From Candidatus Gottesmanbacteria bacterium (GTDB lineage Bacteria > Patescibacteriota > Microgenomatia > UBA10105 > UBA927), in the NCBI GenBank assembly GCA_023245335.1, contig JAHFKK010000001.1, forward strand, positions 936,019 through 1,000,018: DNA of 64,000 nt. Reading direction: 5' to 3'. How positions within the stretch are numbered: position 1 is the first letter of the stretch; every line of letters begins with the position of its first letter. Below the pieces are notes generated by a model. That model was not told the DNA's origin, searched no databases, and saw only the letters and a program-made list of their open reading frames with translations. Made by a program: the position numbers and the translations under genes. This document shows, piece after piece, positions 10,245 through 18,605 of the stretch.

Positions 10245-10622
10245 ATGAGTAAGAAACTTGCCGCATATCCGACATCGGAAATGGTCGCGTTATTTAACGC
10301 GATTCAAGAGATTCGTTCAGACGAGGAAGCAGCCAATTTTTTTCGGGATCTTCTGACGATTGCGGAACTTAAGGAATTCGCCAATCGGTGGCAAATGGTC
10401 AAACGCCTTGTACGCGGAGAGTCATATCTCAAAATCGCTCGTGACCTGCACGTTTCCACGACAACCGTCGGAAGAGTCGCCCACTGGCTCAATAACGGTA
10501 GTGGTGGATATAAAGCGGTAGCTTCCCGATTGTTCGATACCCGTAAGAATCCGGATTATCATGAATCTCCCAGATTCCGATCCGGCAAACTTGCCGGCTG
10601 GCGCAAACCCAACGAGCTATAA
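10245..10622 (+). CDS. YerC/YecD family TrpR-like DNA-binding protein
   Basis: Matches the YerC/YecD Trp-repressor-like fold: LFNAIQEIRSDEEAANFFRDLLTIAELKEFANRWQMVKRL...YLKIARDLHVSTTTVGRV helix-turn-helix. Confidence 0.7.
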   Translation: MSKKLAAYPTSEMVALFNAIQEIRSDEEAANFFRDLLTIAELKEFANRWQMVKRLVRGESYLKIARDLHVSTTTVGRVAHWLNNGSGGYKAVASRLFDTRKNPDYHESPRFRSGKLAGWRKPNEL

Positions 10623-10715
10623 CCTACGTTAATTATTGGCCGGACACTTTCCCTCCCCTCACCTATTCTTTCCCCGCTGCACATACTCTTAGGCATGTAG
10701 TACGGAAGCTGTATG

Positions 10716-10744
10716 TTGACACAATTGTATTAACGTGTTAACAT
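10716..10744 (+). promoter_or_regulatory. Sigma70-like promoter TTGACA-N17-TAACAT embedded in a TAACATG repeat cluster
   Basis: -35 TTGACA at 10716-10721, 17-nt spacer, -10 TAACAT at 10739-10744. Confidence 0.4.
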
Positions 10745-10775
10745 GCTAACATGTTAATATGATAACATCATAACC
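10730..10775. repeat. Cluster of about five degenerate 8-mer direct repeats (tTAACaTG)
   Basis: ttaacgtg-ttaacatg-ctaacatg-ttaatatg-ataacatc read directly in sequence. Confidence 0.5.
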
Positions 10776-10997
10776 AGAAAGCAATATGAATATCACGACC
10801 AACATCAATATGATCAATGTCAAAAGTCTCACTGACTTCTCTATGACCGTAGCCTTTGCGGCTTCTTCGCGTTGCCATCATCGCCTCAACCAAACCTACG
10901 CGTGGTTGAGTTGAGAATCTCTTTCTTCTAAGCATCAGCACCATTATTTCTCCCCTCTCCCATTCGCGGGTTTATATGTTCCGCGTCATAAAAGGAG

Positions 10998-11255
10998 GTG
11001 AATACCTTGAAAGAACAAAATGGGGAACGGGTCACTATAACAGTACAAACACTTGAGGAATTACGGGAATTTGAGCCATGGGGAAATGAGTATAAACAAG
11101 GCGAAAAGGCCCGGGCACGTCTCAGGCAACGGATCCAGCTTGGATTACCAGTCAGGATATCGGTTTCCAAAAAAAGTCTATTAGACCGGTTAGTAGGATC
11201 GTCTCGTATCATCTCTAATCAATCGACCATGTATGACAATAAAGGCGGGCATTAA
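10998..11255 (+). CDS. Hypothetical small protein
   Basis: AGGAGG RBS upstream; probable TTG start at about 11007; no recognisable domain. Confidence 0.35.
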   Translation: MNTLKEQNGERVTITVQTLEELREFEPWGNEYKQGEKARARLRQRIQLGLPVRISVSKKSLLDRLVGSSRIISNQSTMYDNKGGH

Positions 11256-11269
11256 TACCGATAGAATTT

Positions 11270-12346
11270 ATGTATAATCGGACTACTATGAACAATCCGA
11301 TCCTCATCACCAACCCGACAAACATCCGGTACCTGACCGGATTTGTCGGCGTGGCGCCCGAAGAGCGCGAAGCGTACGCTTTGCTGACTCAAAAACATAT
11401 ATTCCTTTTTACAAACGCTTTGTATAAAGAGTCAGCAAAGAATCTCCAATCTCCAATATCCAATATCCAATTACAATTCGTAGAAATCTCACGGGAAAAT
11501 CCTATATCTTCCGAACTCGCAAGGATCACCGCTGAATTCAATATAAAAAAGCTTGGATTTGAAGACGACAACCTGACGGTCGCAGAGCTCACCAAACTGA
11601 AACAAGTGTTGACTGACGTTAGCCTCGTTTCGACAAGAAATAGAATCGAAACGCTTCGGATGACAAAAAACAAAGAGGAAGTCGAGGCCATCCGACTGGC
11701 AGCAAAAATCACGGACCAATGCTTCACGTATATCATCAAACGTATCCGACCCGGAATCACCGAGTCACGACTCGCATGGGAAATAGAAAGCTTTTGCAAA
11801 GTCCGGGCAGGAGATAACGCATTCTCCCCCATCGTCGCCTTTAACGAACACAGCTCCCAACCGCATTATCAGTCCCGGAGCAATAGTCCCCTGCGGCGTG
11901 GGTCGCTTGTTCTTATGGACTTCGGCGCGAAAGTAAACGGATACTGCGCAGATATGACGCGCGTCGTTTTTTTGGGGTCTCCCAAACCGGAATGGAAAAA
12001 GGCCTATGAGACGGTTCTAGCGGCTAACGAAAAAGCGCTTAGTCTCCTTCGTTCAGGCGAGCGCCACGGCGCAACACTCGATGCAGCTGCCAAAGAAGTG
12101 ATCGCCGAAGCCGGATTCCCCCCGTACCCGCACAGCCTCGGACATGCCGTAGGACTCGCGATCCACGAAGCACCAAGACTAACTACTATGAAGGATGAAA
12201 TGCTCGCGCCCGATATGGCCGTCACGGTCGAACCCGGCGTGTATATCGAGGGCCGGTATGGCATTCGCATCGAAGATTTGGTGCGTATCAAAGATACAGG
12301 GATTGAAACACTTTCAGGTAGCCCAAAACAGCTACAAATCGTGTAA
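11270..12346 (+). CDS. M24-family Xaa-Pro aminopeptidase
   Basis: Pita-bread fold metal ligands: HSLGHAVGLAIHE and VEPGVYIEGRYGIRIEDLV; N-terminal creatinase-like domain. Confidence 0.85.
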   Translation: MYNRTTMNNPILITNPTNIRYLTGFVGVAPEEREAYALLTQKHIFLFTNALYKESAKNLQSPISNIQLQFVEISRENPISSELARITAEFNIKKLGFEDDNLTVAELTKLKQVLTDVSLVSTRNRIETLRMTKNKEEVEAIRLAAKITDQCFTYIIKRIRPGITESRLAWEIESFCKVRAGDNAFSPIVAFNEHSSQPHYQSRSNSPLRRGSLVLMDFGAKVNGYCADMTRVVFLGSPKPEWKKAYETVLAANEKALSLLRSGERHGATLDAAAKEVIAEAGFPPYPHSLGHAVGLAIHEAPRLTTMKDEMLAPDMAVTVEPGVYIEGRYGIRIEDLVRIKDTGIETLSGSPKQLQIV

Positions 12347-12356
12347 ACCCAAATTA

Positions 12357-12385
12357 TTGACACGGCAGTACTGTCAGGATATACT
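12357..12385 (+). promoter_or_regulatory. Consensus sigma70 promoter TTGACA-N17-TATACT
   Basis: -35 TTGACA 12357-12362, 17-nt spacer, -10 TATACT 12380-12385. Confidence 0.55.
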
Positions 12386-12391
12386 ACAGGA

Positions 12392-12513
12392 CATATGAAG
12401 ACCGCACAGAATACCGTTTGGTATCATACCCACCAGGTAACTGGCGGATTTTCCGTGCGATAAAACACACACGCATAGAAAATAGTAACCCGCCAGCCCG
12501 GCGGGTTTTTTTT
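12392..12513 (+). promoter_or_regulatory. Leader/attenuator-like element: leaderless 22-codon uORF plus mutually exclusive antiterminator and terminator
   Basis: uORF ATG 12395 encodes MKTAQNTVWYHTHQVTGGFSVR*. CTGGCGG (12438-12444) is the exact complement of CCGCCAG in the 5' arm of the terminator hairpin CCCGCC-AGCCC-GGCGGG+T8 (12489-12513). An alternative GNRA hairpin CCAG-GTAA-CTGG is also possible. Confidence 0.45.
12489..12513 (+). terminator. Rho-independent terminator
   Basis: CCCGCCagcccGGCGGG followed by TTTTTTTT, immediately upstream of the aminotransferase RBS GGGAGG. Confidence 0.7.
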
Positions 12514-12526
12514 GTGGGAGGAATCT

Positions 12527-13564
12527 ATGAAATTACCAAAAGCTTACGCAACAGTTGTACAAAAACGCACGATAGACATGACCGTGAGCGTGAATCCGCT
12601 CGGGTGTTCTCCCCGTGCGCTCCAAGCGCTTAATTCTATGTCGACTGCCGATGTCAGTACCTACCCTGACCAAAAAAGGCTTCTATCCTCCCTAGCGGTG
12701 AGGTACGATATGCGACCGGATATGATCCTTTTGGGAATCGGGTCAGAACAACTCATAAAGCTCGTTTGCCAGACATTTTTAAAGCGTCAGGATACTGCAT
12801 TCGTGGAATCCGGCTCCTTCTTTCTTTTCTCCAGAGAACCGAAAATTCTTGGCGCAAGAGTCGTATTTTTTGACTTTAACAACGCTAAGAGATTCCGAAA
12901 AAGGCCCACACTTCTGTTTCTCGCCAATCCGACTACGCCCGCCGGTATTAATCGGACAAACGAAGAAATACTTCAGGTTATAGACCTCGTTAATCCTATG
13001 ATTGCAGTGGTTGATGAGGCAAACGGTGAATTCAGAAATGGTTCGCTTATTTCGGATATCCGGAAACGCAGGAATCTCGTTGTTTTACGGACGTTCTCAA
13101 AAACACTCGGCCTTGCGGGACTACGGATCGGCATGGCATTCGGGAACTCGGATGTCATATCCCGCATGGGTGAACTGCAACAACCGTTTCCTGTCACGTC
13201 AGCGGCCTTAGCCGCGGCGGAAGCCGCACTCGACGACATATCATTTACCCGTAAAACTATACGGTTCGTGAAGGCTGAACGGGCCTTCCTGACAAAAGAA
13301 TTGATTACGAGAGGTTTTTCGGTATCTCCATCGGTGACCAATAATCTGTTCATATCCGGAAAAAACATAAAAAAAGTGATCTGCGAATTAGAAAACCGTG
13401 GTGTAAGCGTAATCGACGGCGCATACTTCCCCGGTAATACGCAGCCCGGATTCCGCATATCTCTGAGAGATAGAAGAACCAATCGTAAATTCTTGTCGAA
13501 AGTTGACGAAGTGCTCGCTTGTATGGGACAAAATAAGTTGATAGGATCAAAGGAGATTCTATGA
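12527..13564 (+). CDS. Class I/II PLP-dependent aminotransferase, histidinol-phosphate aminotransferase-like
   Basis: HisC-like blocks: NPLGCSP, LANPTTPAG, VDEANGEF, RTFSKTLGLAGLRIGMAFG (PLP-binding Lys). GGGAGG RBS; ATGA overlap with hisS. Confidence 0.75.
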   Translation: MKLPKAYATVVQKRTIDMTVSVNPLGCSPRALQALNSMSTADVSTYPDQKRLLSSLAVRYDMRPDMILLGIGSEQLIKLVCQTFLKRQDTAFVESGSFFLFSREPKILGARVVFFDFNNAKRFRKRPTLLFLANPTTPAGINRTNEEILQVIDLVNPMIAVVDEANGEFRNGSLISDIRKRRNLVVLRTFSKTLGLAGLRIGMAFGNSDVISRMGELQQPFPVTSAALAAAEAALDDISFTRKTIRFVKAERAFLTKELITRGFSVSPSVTNNLFISGKNIKKVICELENRGVSVIDGAYFPGNTQPGFRISLRDRRTNRKFLSKVDEVLACMGQNKLIGSKEIL

Positions 13565-14772
13565 ACACAACACAACCGCTCAAGGGTTTCCGGGATTTCC
13601 TCCCGGCCGAGGCAGCCAAAAGAAAATGGCTGAGGGATAAGCTCGCCGCGATCTGCGAATCATGGGGGTATTTGCCGGTTGAGACGCCGACCCTCGAACC
13701 TTTGGAAATTTTTACCGGCGCAATCGGCGAAGATGAAAAACTGTTCTTTAAGTTCAAAGACCAGGGCGATCGTGATGTAGCGCTCCGATATGACCAAACG
13801 GTGCCGACCTGCCGGCTCATCGCCGAATACCAAAACTCACTGACATTCCCTTTTAAGCGCTACCAAATCCAGCCCGCTTTCCGCGCCGAGAAGCCGCAGA
13901 AGGGCAGATACCGCGAATTCACCCAGGTGGACGCGGATATCTTCGGCATCAAAACTCCGGACGCAGATGCCGAAACCATCGCGCTCTCTCTCGATATTTA
14001 TAAACAGCTTGGATTTAAACGCCCGCTCGTACGCATCAACACCCGCGCCCTATTTAAAGACATACCTTATGGAGCAATCGTTTCTATCGACAAAATCAAA
14101 AAAATCGGCGGCGAAGGCGTGCTCGCCGAGATGAACCGCAAAGGCATTTCGTCCGATAAGGCAAAAGAGTATCTCAACTACGTCAAAAATCTGACTCCCA
14201 ATGAAGAAATCACGTTTATCCTGAAGTATCTCAAGGACTACGGATTCCCGGACGACTGGTATGAATTTGATCCGACGATCGCCCGCTCCTTCTCCTACTC
14301 CATGGGCCCCATATGGGAAGTGGAAATACCGGAAGCCGGCGGATTATCAGTCCTCGGTGGAGAGCGCTACGACGGTCTAATCGAAAAATTAGCAGGCAAA
14401 GATATAGGCGGCACGGGATTCGGACTGGGATTTGACCGGACACTCGAAGCGGCTGACGCACTCGGGCTCACCCCGACCATCACGACAAGCGGGCAGATAT
14501 TGATGACGGTGTTTGCGGTGGGTAGCCTGCCGCAAGCGCTCGAGATCACCCGTTTGCTACGAAGCGGCGGCGTCTACACCGACCTGTATCCGGCTCCCGA
14601 TAAACTGGACAAACAGTTAAAGTACGCGGACAGGAAAGGCATCCCCTACGTCGTCATCCAGGGGCCCGATGAAGCCAAACGCAACGTCATGAAGCTCAAA
14701 AATATGCAGACCAAAGAACAGGAAGAGCTCACTGTCCAACAGGTCATCGACAAACTCACCGTCGCTTCATAA
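13561..14772 (+). CDS. hisS: Histidine--tRNA ligase
   Basis: Class II aaRS motif 2 FRAEKPQKGRYREFTQ, HisRS-specific blocks, C-terminal anticodon-binding domain. Confidence 0.9.
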   Translation: MNTTQPLKGFRDFLPAEAAKRKWLRDKLAAICESWGYLPVETPTLEPLEIFTGAIGEDEKLFFKFKDQGDRDVALRYDQTVPTCRLIAEYQNSLTFPFKRYQIQPAFRAEKPQKGRYREFTQVDADIFGIKTPDADAETIALSLDIYKQLGFKRPLVRINTRALFKDIPYGAIVSIDKIKKIGGEGVLAEMNRKGISSDKAKEYLNYVKNLTPNEEITFILKYLKDYGFPDDWYEFDPTIARSFSYSMGPIWEVEIPEAGGLSVLGGERYDGLIEKLAGKDIGGTGFGLGFDRTLEAADALGLTPTITTSGQILMTVFAVGSLPQALEITRLLRSGGVYTDLYPAPDKLDKQLKYADRKGIPYVVIQGPDEAKRNVMKLKNMQTKEQEELTVQQVIDKLTVAS

Positions 14773-14810
14773 GTCTTGATACTTTCCCCGCAATACGGAA
14801 TACTGATGAA

Positions 14811-15758
14811 GTGAGTAAAAAACGCATTAACGCATATCTTCTCCTCCTTCTGGTCTCCGTCATATGGGGAGCCGCAAGCCCGATCGTCAAGTATGCACTC
14901 ACCTGGTTCCATCCCGTCATATTCCTCACATACCGATTTTTTCTTAGCTCCATTATCGCGCTTATCATTTTCGGCGCAGAGCCCGCTACATTCCCCAAAA
15001 AAGCGAGAGACAAATCACTTGCGTTTCTGACTATGATGCTCTCGACGCCGATCGCGTTGGGGCTTTTCTTCCTTGGATTATCCAAAACGTCTGCACTCTC
15101 CGGAAGCCTTATAACCGCAGGCGCCCCCATCCTCCTGGTTGCGGCGGGGGCACTTTTTCTCCACGAGCGAGTCTCAAATACGGAAAAAGTCGGAATAGTC
15201 ATAACAATTATCGGGACGTTCATGATCGCAATCGGCCCCCTGGTCTTTAACAACACGGCGAATCATTTCGGTACGCTGGAAGGAAATCTCATCATGGTGC
15301 TGGCAACAATTGCCGACCTATCGGCGACCCTATTCACCAAAATATGCATGGATCGGGGTATATCGTTGCGGCTTCTCGCACACGGACAATTTGTCCTGGG
15401 GCTTATTATCTTCCTCCCGATCCTTCTTCTCCGGCATCCTATCGTATCCATAGCAGCAACCGTCGTTGACGCTCCCTGGTCTGCACATGCGGCCGTGTGG
15501 TTTATGGCGCTGATCTCGGGATCGCTTGCCTATACTCTCCGTGACCATGGACTCCGATGGGTTGAGGTGTCGGAAGCGGCAATTTTCACCTACCTGCAGC
15601 CAATCTGGGCAGCCATCCTTTCCATTCTTTGGCTCGGTGAGCCGATTACTACGTCATATATAATTGGCGGCGGCATACTCACCCTCGGCGTCTGTATCTC
15701 CGAATACCGGGGAAAGCGGGTTCCAGCCGTGGTCCACCGTCGACACAAGCGTAAATAG
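14811..15758 (+). CDS. EamA/DMT-family transporter
   Basis: 10 predicted TM helices in two EamA-like repeats. Confidence 0.8.
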   Translation: MSKKRINAYLLLLLVSVIWGAASPIVKYALTWFHPVIFLTYRFFLSSIIALIIFGAEPATFPKKARDKSLAFLTMMLSTPIALGLFFLGLSKTSALSGSLITAGAPILLVAAGALFLHERVSNTEKVGIVITIIGTFMIAIGPLVFNNTANHFGTLEGNLIMVLATIADLSATLFTKICMDRGISLRLLAHGQFVLGLIIFLPILLLRHPIVSIAATVVDAPWSAHAAVWFMALISGSLAYTLRDHGLRWVEVSEAAIFTYLQPIWAAILSILWLGEPITTSYIIGGGILTLGVCISEYRGKRVPAVVHRRHKRK

Positions 15759-15777
15759 ATGCTATAATAGCCTTCTT

Positions 15778-16080
15778 ATGAAATCCGGCATCCACCCCAA
15801 ATGGTATCCAAACGCCGTCGTTTCGTGTGCCTGCGGCAACACGTTTACGGTCGGGTCCACCAAGGATAAAATTCAGGTTGATATCTGCAGCCATTGTCAT
15901 CCGTTCTATACCGGTGAGATGAAATTTGTCGATGCCATGGGTCGTGTCGAACGATTCCAGACCAAACAAAAACAGGCAGCGACCAGCGGCTATGTCTCCA
16001 AAAAGAAGAAAAAGCAGCTTCGATCCGCGTCCGACCAAACGCCGAAATCCCTCAAGGAAATGCTCATGGGCTTGAAGTAG
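15778..16080 (+). CDS. rpmE: 50S ribosomal protein L31 (zinc-binding type) with Lys-rich C-terminal extension
   Basis: [46 protein letters not shown] is canonical L31. The ORF track start at 15664 was trimmed; TATAAT lies at 15762. Confidence 0.85.
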   Translation: MKSGIHPKWYPNAVVSCACGNTFTVGSTKDKIQVDICSHCHPFYTGEMKFVDAMGRVERFQTKQKQAATSGYVSKKKKKQLRSASDQTPKSLKEMLMGLK

Positions 16081-16109
16081 CTCGTTCTTTATTTTTCCAT
16101 ACATAGAGT

Positions 16110-16808
16110 ATGAATACTGATATCGCCATCATGGAATTCCGTGCGGGTCCCGGCGGAGATGAAGCGCGGATCTGGTCGCAGGACCTCATGCGCATGTACT
16201 CACGATATGCGGTCATTCTCGGATGGAAAGTCGAACAGCTCGACGAGGGCGTCATACGCATCCGTGGGACCGATGTATTTACCAAACTCCAGTACGAGGC
16301 CGGTACACACCGCGTCCAGCGTACCCCGACTACAGAACGCCACGGGCGTATACATACCTCAACCGCGACGATCGCGGTACTTCCCGATGTCCCGGAAAAT
16401 GAAATATACATCCGTCCGGAGGACATAGAGTGGGATTTCTATAGAAGCGGCGGCAAAGGCGGCCAAAATGTGAATAAAGTAAGTTCGGCCGTCCGCATAC
16501 GCCATAAGCCGACCGGCATCGTCGTCCAATGCCAGACGGAACGGGATCAATACCAAAACCGCCAAGTCGCGCTCGGCATGCTGAGGGCAAAGCTCTGGGA
16601 GCAACAGCTCCTCGATCGGGAAAAGTCCGTGAGTGAACAGCGAAGCGTCATCGGCCGGGGCATGCGCGCGGAAAAGATCCGCACCTACAACTTCCCCCAG
16701 AACCGCGTCACCGATCACCGGATCAACAAAAGCTGGCACAACCTTGAGGACATCATGAACGGCAAAATGCAAAAAATTACGGAAGCGATGATTTCTATGC
16801 AAACCTAA
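16110..16808 (+). CDS. prfA: Peptide chain release factor 1 lacking N-terminal domain 1
   Basis: PxT-type codon recognition segment RVQRTPTTERHGRIHTS, GGQ motif SGGKGGQNVNK, RF1-type C-terminus RTYNFPQNRVTDHRI. Only 232 aa; it begins where E. coli RF1 is at about residue 110. Confidence 0.8.
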   Translation: MNTDIAIMEFRAGPGGDEARIWSQDLMRMYSRYAVILGWKVEQLDEGVIRIRGTDVFTKLQYEAGTHRVQRTPTTERHGRIHTSTATIAVLPDVPENEIYIRPEDIEWDFYRSGGKGGQNVNKVSSAVRIRHKPTGIVVQCQTERDQYQNRQVALGMLRAKLWEQQLLDREKSVSEQRSVIGRGMRAEKIRTYNFPQNRVTDHRINKSWHNLEDIMNGKMQKITEAMISMQT

Positions 16809-16853
16809 GTCTTCTCTTTTTTTTATTTAAAAATTGCGGAGCGTCCCCAAAAA

Positions 16854-17270
16854 TTATTTCTTTTTTTTCGGATAAAATTCCGGATTCTGCTTCTCAAATT
16901 CAGCATCGATATCATCAAGGTCTTGCAGTCTCCGAACCTCAGGAATTCTTCGCTGAAGTATACCCTTCGCAAGGCGCTCAAGTTTACTCGATACGTGCTG
17001 AACTCGCGCACCTGCATCAGGATCAGTCAAACTGAATGCGCCGCCGTTATTACCGTGGACTTTCTTAAACCCCTTATGAAAACTGTCACTCTCGTCTTCT
17101 ATCCCCTTTCTTAGCCTTGGCTCGACGGGCGCAAGCGGAGGTTGTCCTTTTCTATTGCGTTGATGCGCCAGTGTCATTGCGTCAGATACCGCAGCTAAAT
17201 TGTGCTTCTCCTTCCCGTAGTTGGCTAAATCTATAGGCAAAATCTCTGAGTAATCAGCATCGGTTGACAT
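16854..17270 (-). CDS. Hypothetical acidic protein
   Basis: Only long ORF in the gap between prfA and htrA; no recognisable motif. Confidence 0.3.
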   Translation of the reverse strand: MSTDADYSEILPIDLANYGKEKHNLAAVSDAMTLAHQRNRKGQPPLAPVEPRLRKGIEDESDSFHKGFKKVHGNNGGAFSLTDPDAGARVQHVSSKLERLAKGILQRRIPEVRRLQDLDDIDAEFEKQNPEFYPKKKK

Positions 17271-17279
17271 AATTAGGAG

Positions 17280-18476
17280 TTATCCCTGCGTCCCCAGTGT
17301 AACAGATTTGGTGAGGGTCTTGCCATCCCGCCAGATTTCGACGGAGATCGTATCCCCGACCTTCTTGCCGCTCACGACGTGGGAGAGGTCATTGGTGTCC
17401 GTGAGCTTATCACCGTTTATTTTTGTGATGATATCATCCGCCTGTATGCCCGCTTTATCCGACGGACTGCCGGATACGACACTTGCCACATAGGCGCCCT
17501 CCGGAATATCATTGAGAATCGCCATCTGGCGCGTAATCATGCGGAATTCTACCCCCATATACGGCCGGTTAAACTGACCGGTGGAATTGAAGTTCGAAAC
17601 GGCATCCTTGACCACATTTATGGGAAGCGCGAAGCCGATGCTCTGTCCTTGCTGTGCGACAGCTGTATTCACGCCGATCGCCTGTCCCGCGGAATTAAGA
17701 AGCGGCCCGCCGGAATTGCCGGGGTTGATCGCCGCATCCGTCTGGATGACGTTATCGAGCTTCTCCGTCACGTCACCGAACGTCCCTCCGGCCGTGATTC
17801 CCCGCCCGACACCTGATATGACGCCGGTCGTCACGGTGTTACGGAATTCTCCGAGCGCGGTGCCTATGGCTATGGCTGTCTGACCGACTTTAATCTTTGT
17901 GGAGTCGCCCATCTCTATGGGTTTGAGGTTAGTCGCGTTAATTTTGATGATCGCCAGGTCATTATCCGGATCGCGATATATCTTGATGACGTCATATGAT
18001 CTGTTGTCATTGGTGATGACACGGTACTTCATCTGCGTGTCAGAGACGACGTGCTTATTGGTCACGATGAGCCCATCAGTACTTATGATGAAGCCCGATC
18101 CGATATCCTGTTCCTGATTCTGACCCTGTGTTGATCGAGGTAACGGCTGCTGAGGGATCGCCTGGTTAAACGGATCGAATGGATTCTGGAAAAGATCGCT
18201 TATGCGGCTGGTTTGCGTGACCCCTATCGTGACAACCGAGGGCGATGCTTTATCGACGACATCGGTGACGACGCTTTCTTCGTTAACAACTCTAAAATTA
18301 GCACTGGGCAGTGTCGCCGGCCCTTGCGGCAGATGGACGTACCGGTCAAAAAATTGCCAGTTGAGTCCAAAAACTCCCGACGAAACCGCCCCGCCCACAA
18401 GAAACAGTACTACAGCAATGCCCAATAGCCATTTATGTAGTTTCATACCATCTTTTGAACGATATTCCTTGCCCAC
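17280..18476 (-). CDS. HtrA/DegP-family serine endoprotease with PDZ domain
   Basis: N-terminal TM helix, trypsin-like catalytic triad region (GNSGGPLLN), C-terminal PDZ. GTG start preceded by AGGAGG. Confidence 0.85.
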   Translation of the reverse strand: MGKEYRSKDGMKLHKWLLGIAVVLFLVGGAVSSGVFGLNWQFFDRYVHLPQGPATLPSANFRVVNEESVVTDVVDKASPSVVTIGVTQTSRISDLFQNPFDPFNQAIPQQPLPRSTQGQNQEQDIGSGFIISTDGLIVTNKHVVSDTQMKYRVITNDNRSYDVIKIYRDPDNDLAIIKINATNLKPIEMGDSTKIKVGQTAIAIGTALGEFRNTVTTGVISGVGRGITAGGTFGDVTEKLDNVIQTDAAINPGNSGGPLLNSAGQAIGVNTAVAQQGQSIGFALPINVVKDAVSNFNSTGQFNRPYMGVEFRMITRQMAILNDIPEGAYVASVVSGSPSDKAGIQADDIITKINGDKLTDTNDLSHVVSGKKVGDTISVEIWRDGKTLTKSVTLGTQG

Positions 18477-18605
18477 TGCGCCTCCTAGTTATACCTTCGT
18501 TACCTGAAAAAATACTGAAAAATATTCGCTACAAATCCGATCTTACGGCGAAACAAACCCTTATTCGGGATTACCATTCCGCCTCCCTCAGGGATCGCAA
18601 TAAAA

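Noticed and set aside
10730-10775. CRISPR array
   Set aside because: Repeats are 8-mers without spacers of regular length. No longer direct repeats, no cas genes; no CRISPR arrays found anywhere in the window.
12392-12513. Possibility that the hisC-like/hisS leader is a T-box
   Set aside because: No AGGGUGGNACCGCG-like element, and the leader is only about 120 nt. The antiterminator partner is CUGGCGG within a uORF, which fits ribosome-mediated attenuation or an sRNA better.
16359-16802. 147-aa minus-strand ORF inside prfA
   Set aside because: Antisense to the RF1 coding frame, which has GGQ and PxT motifs.
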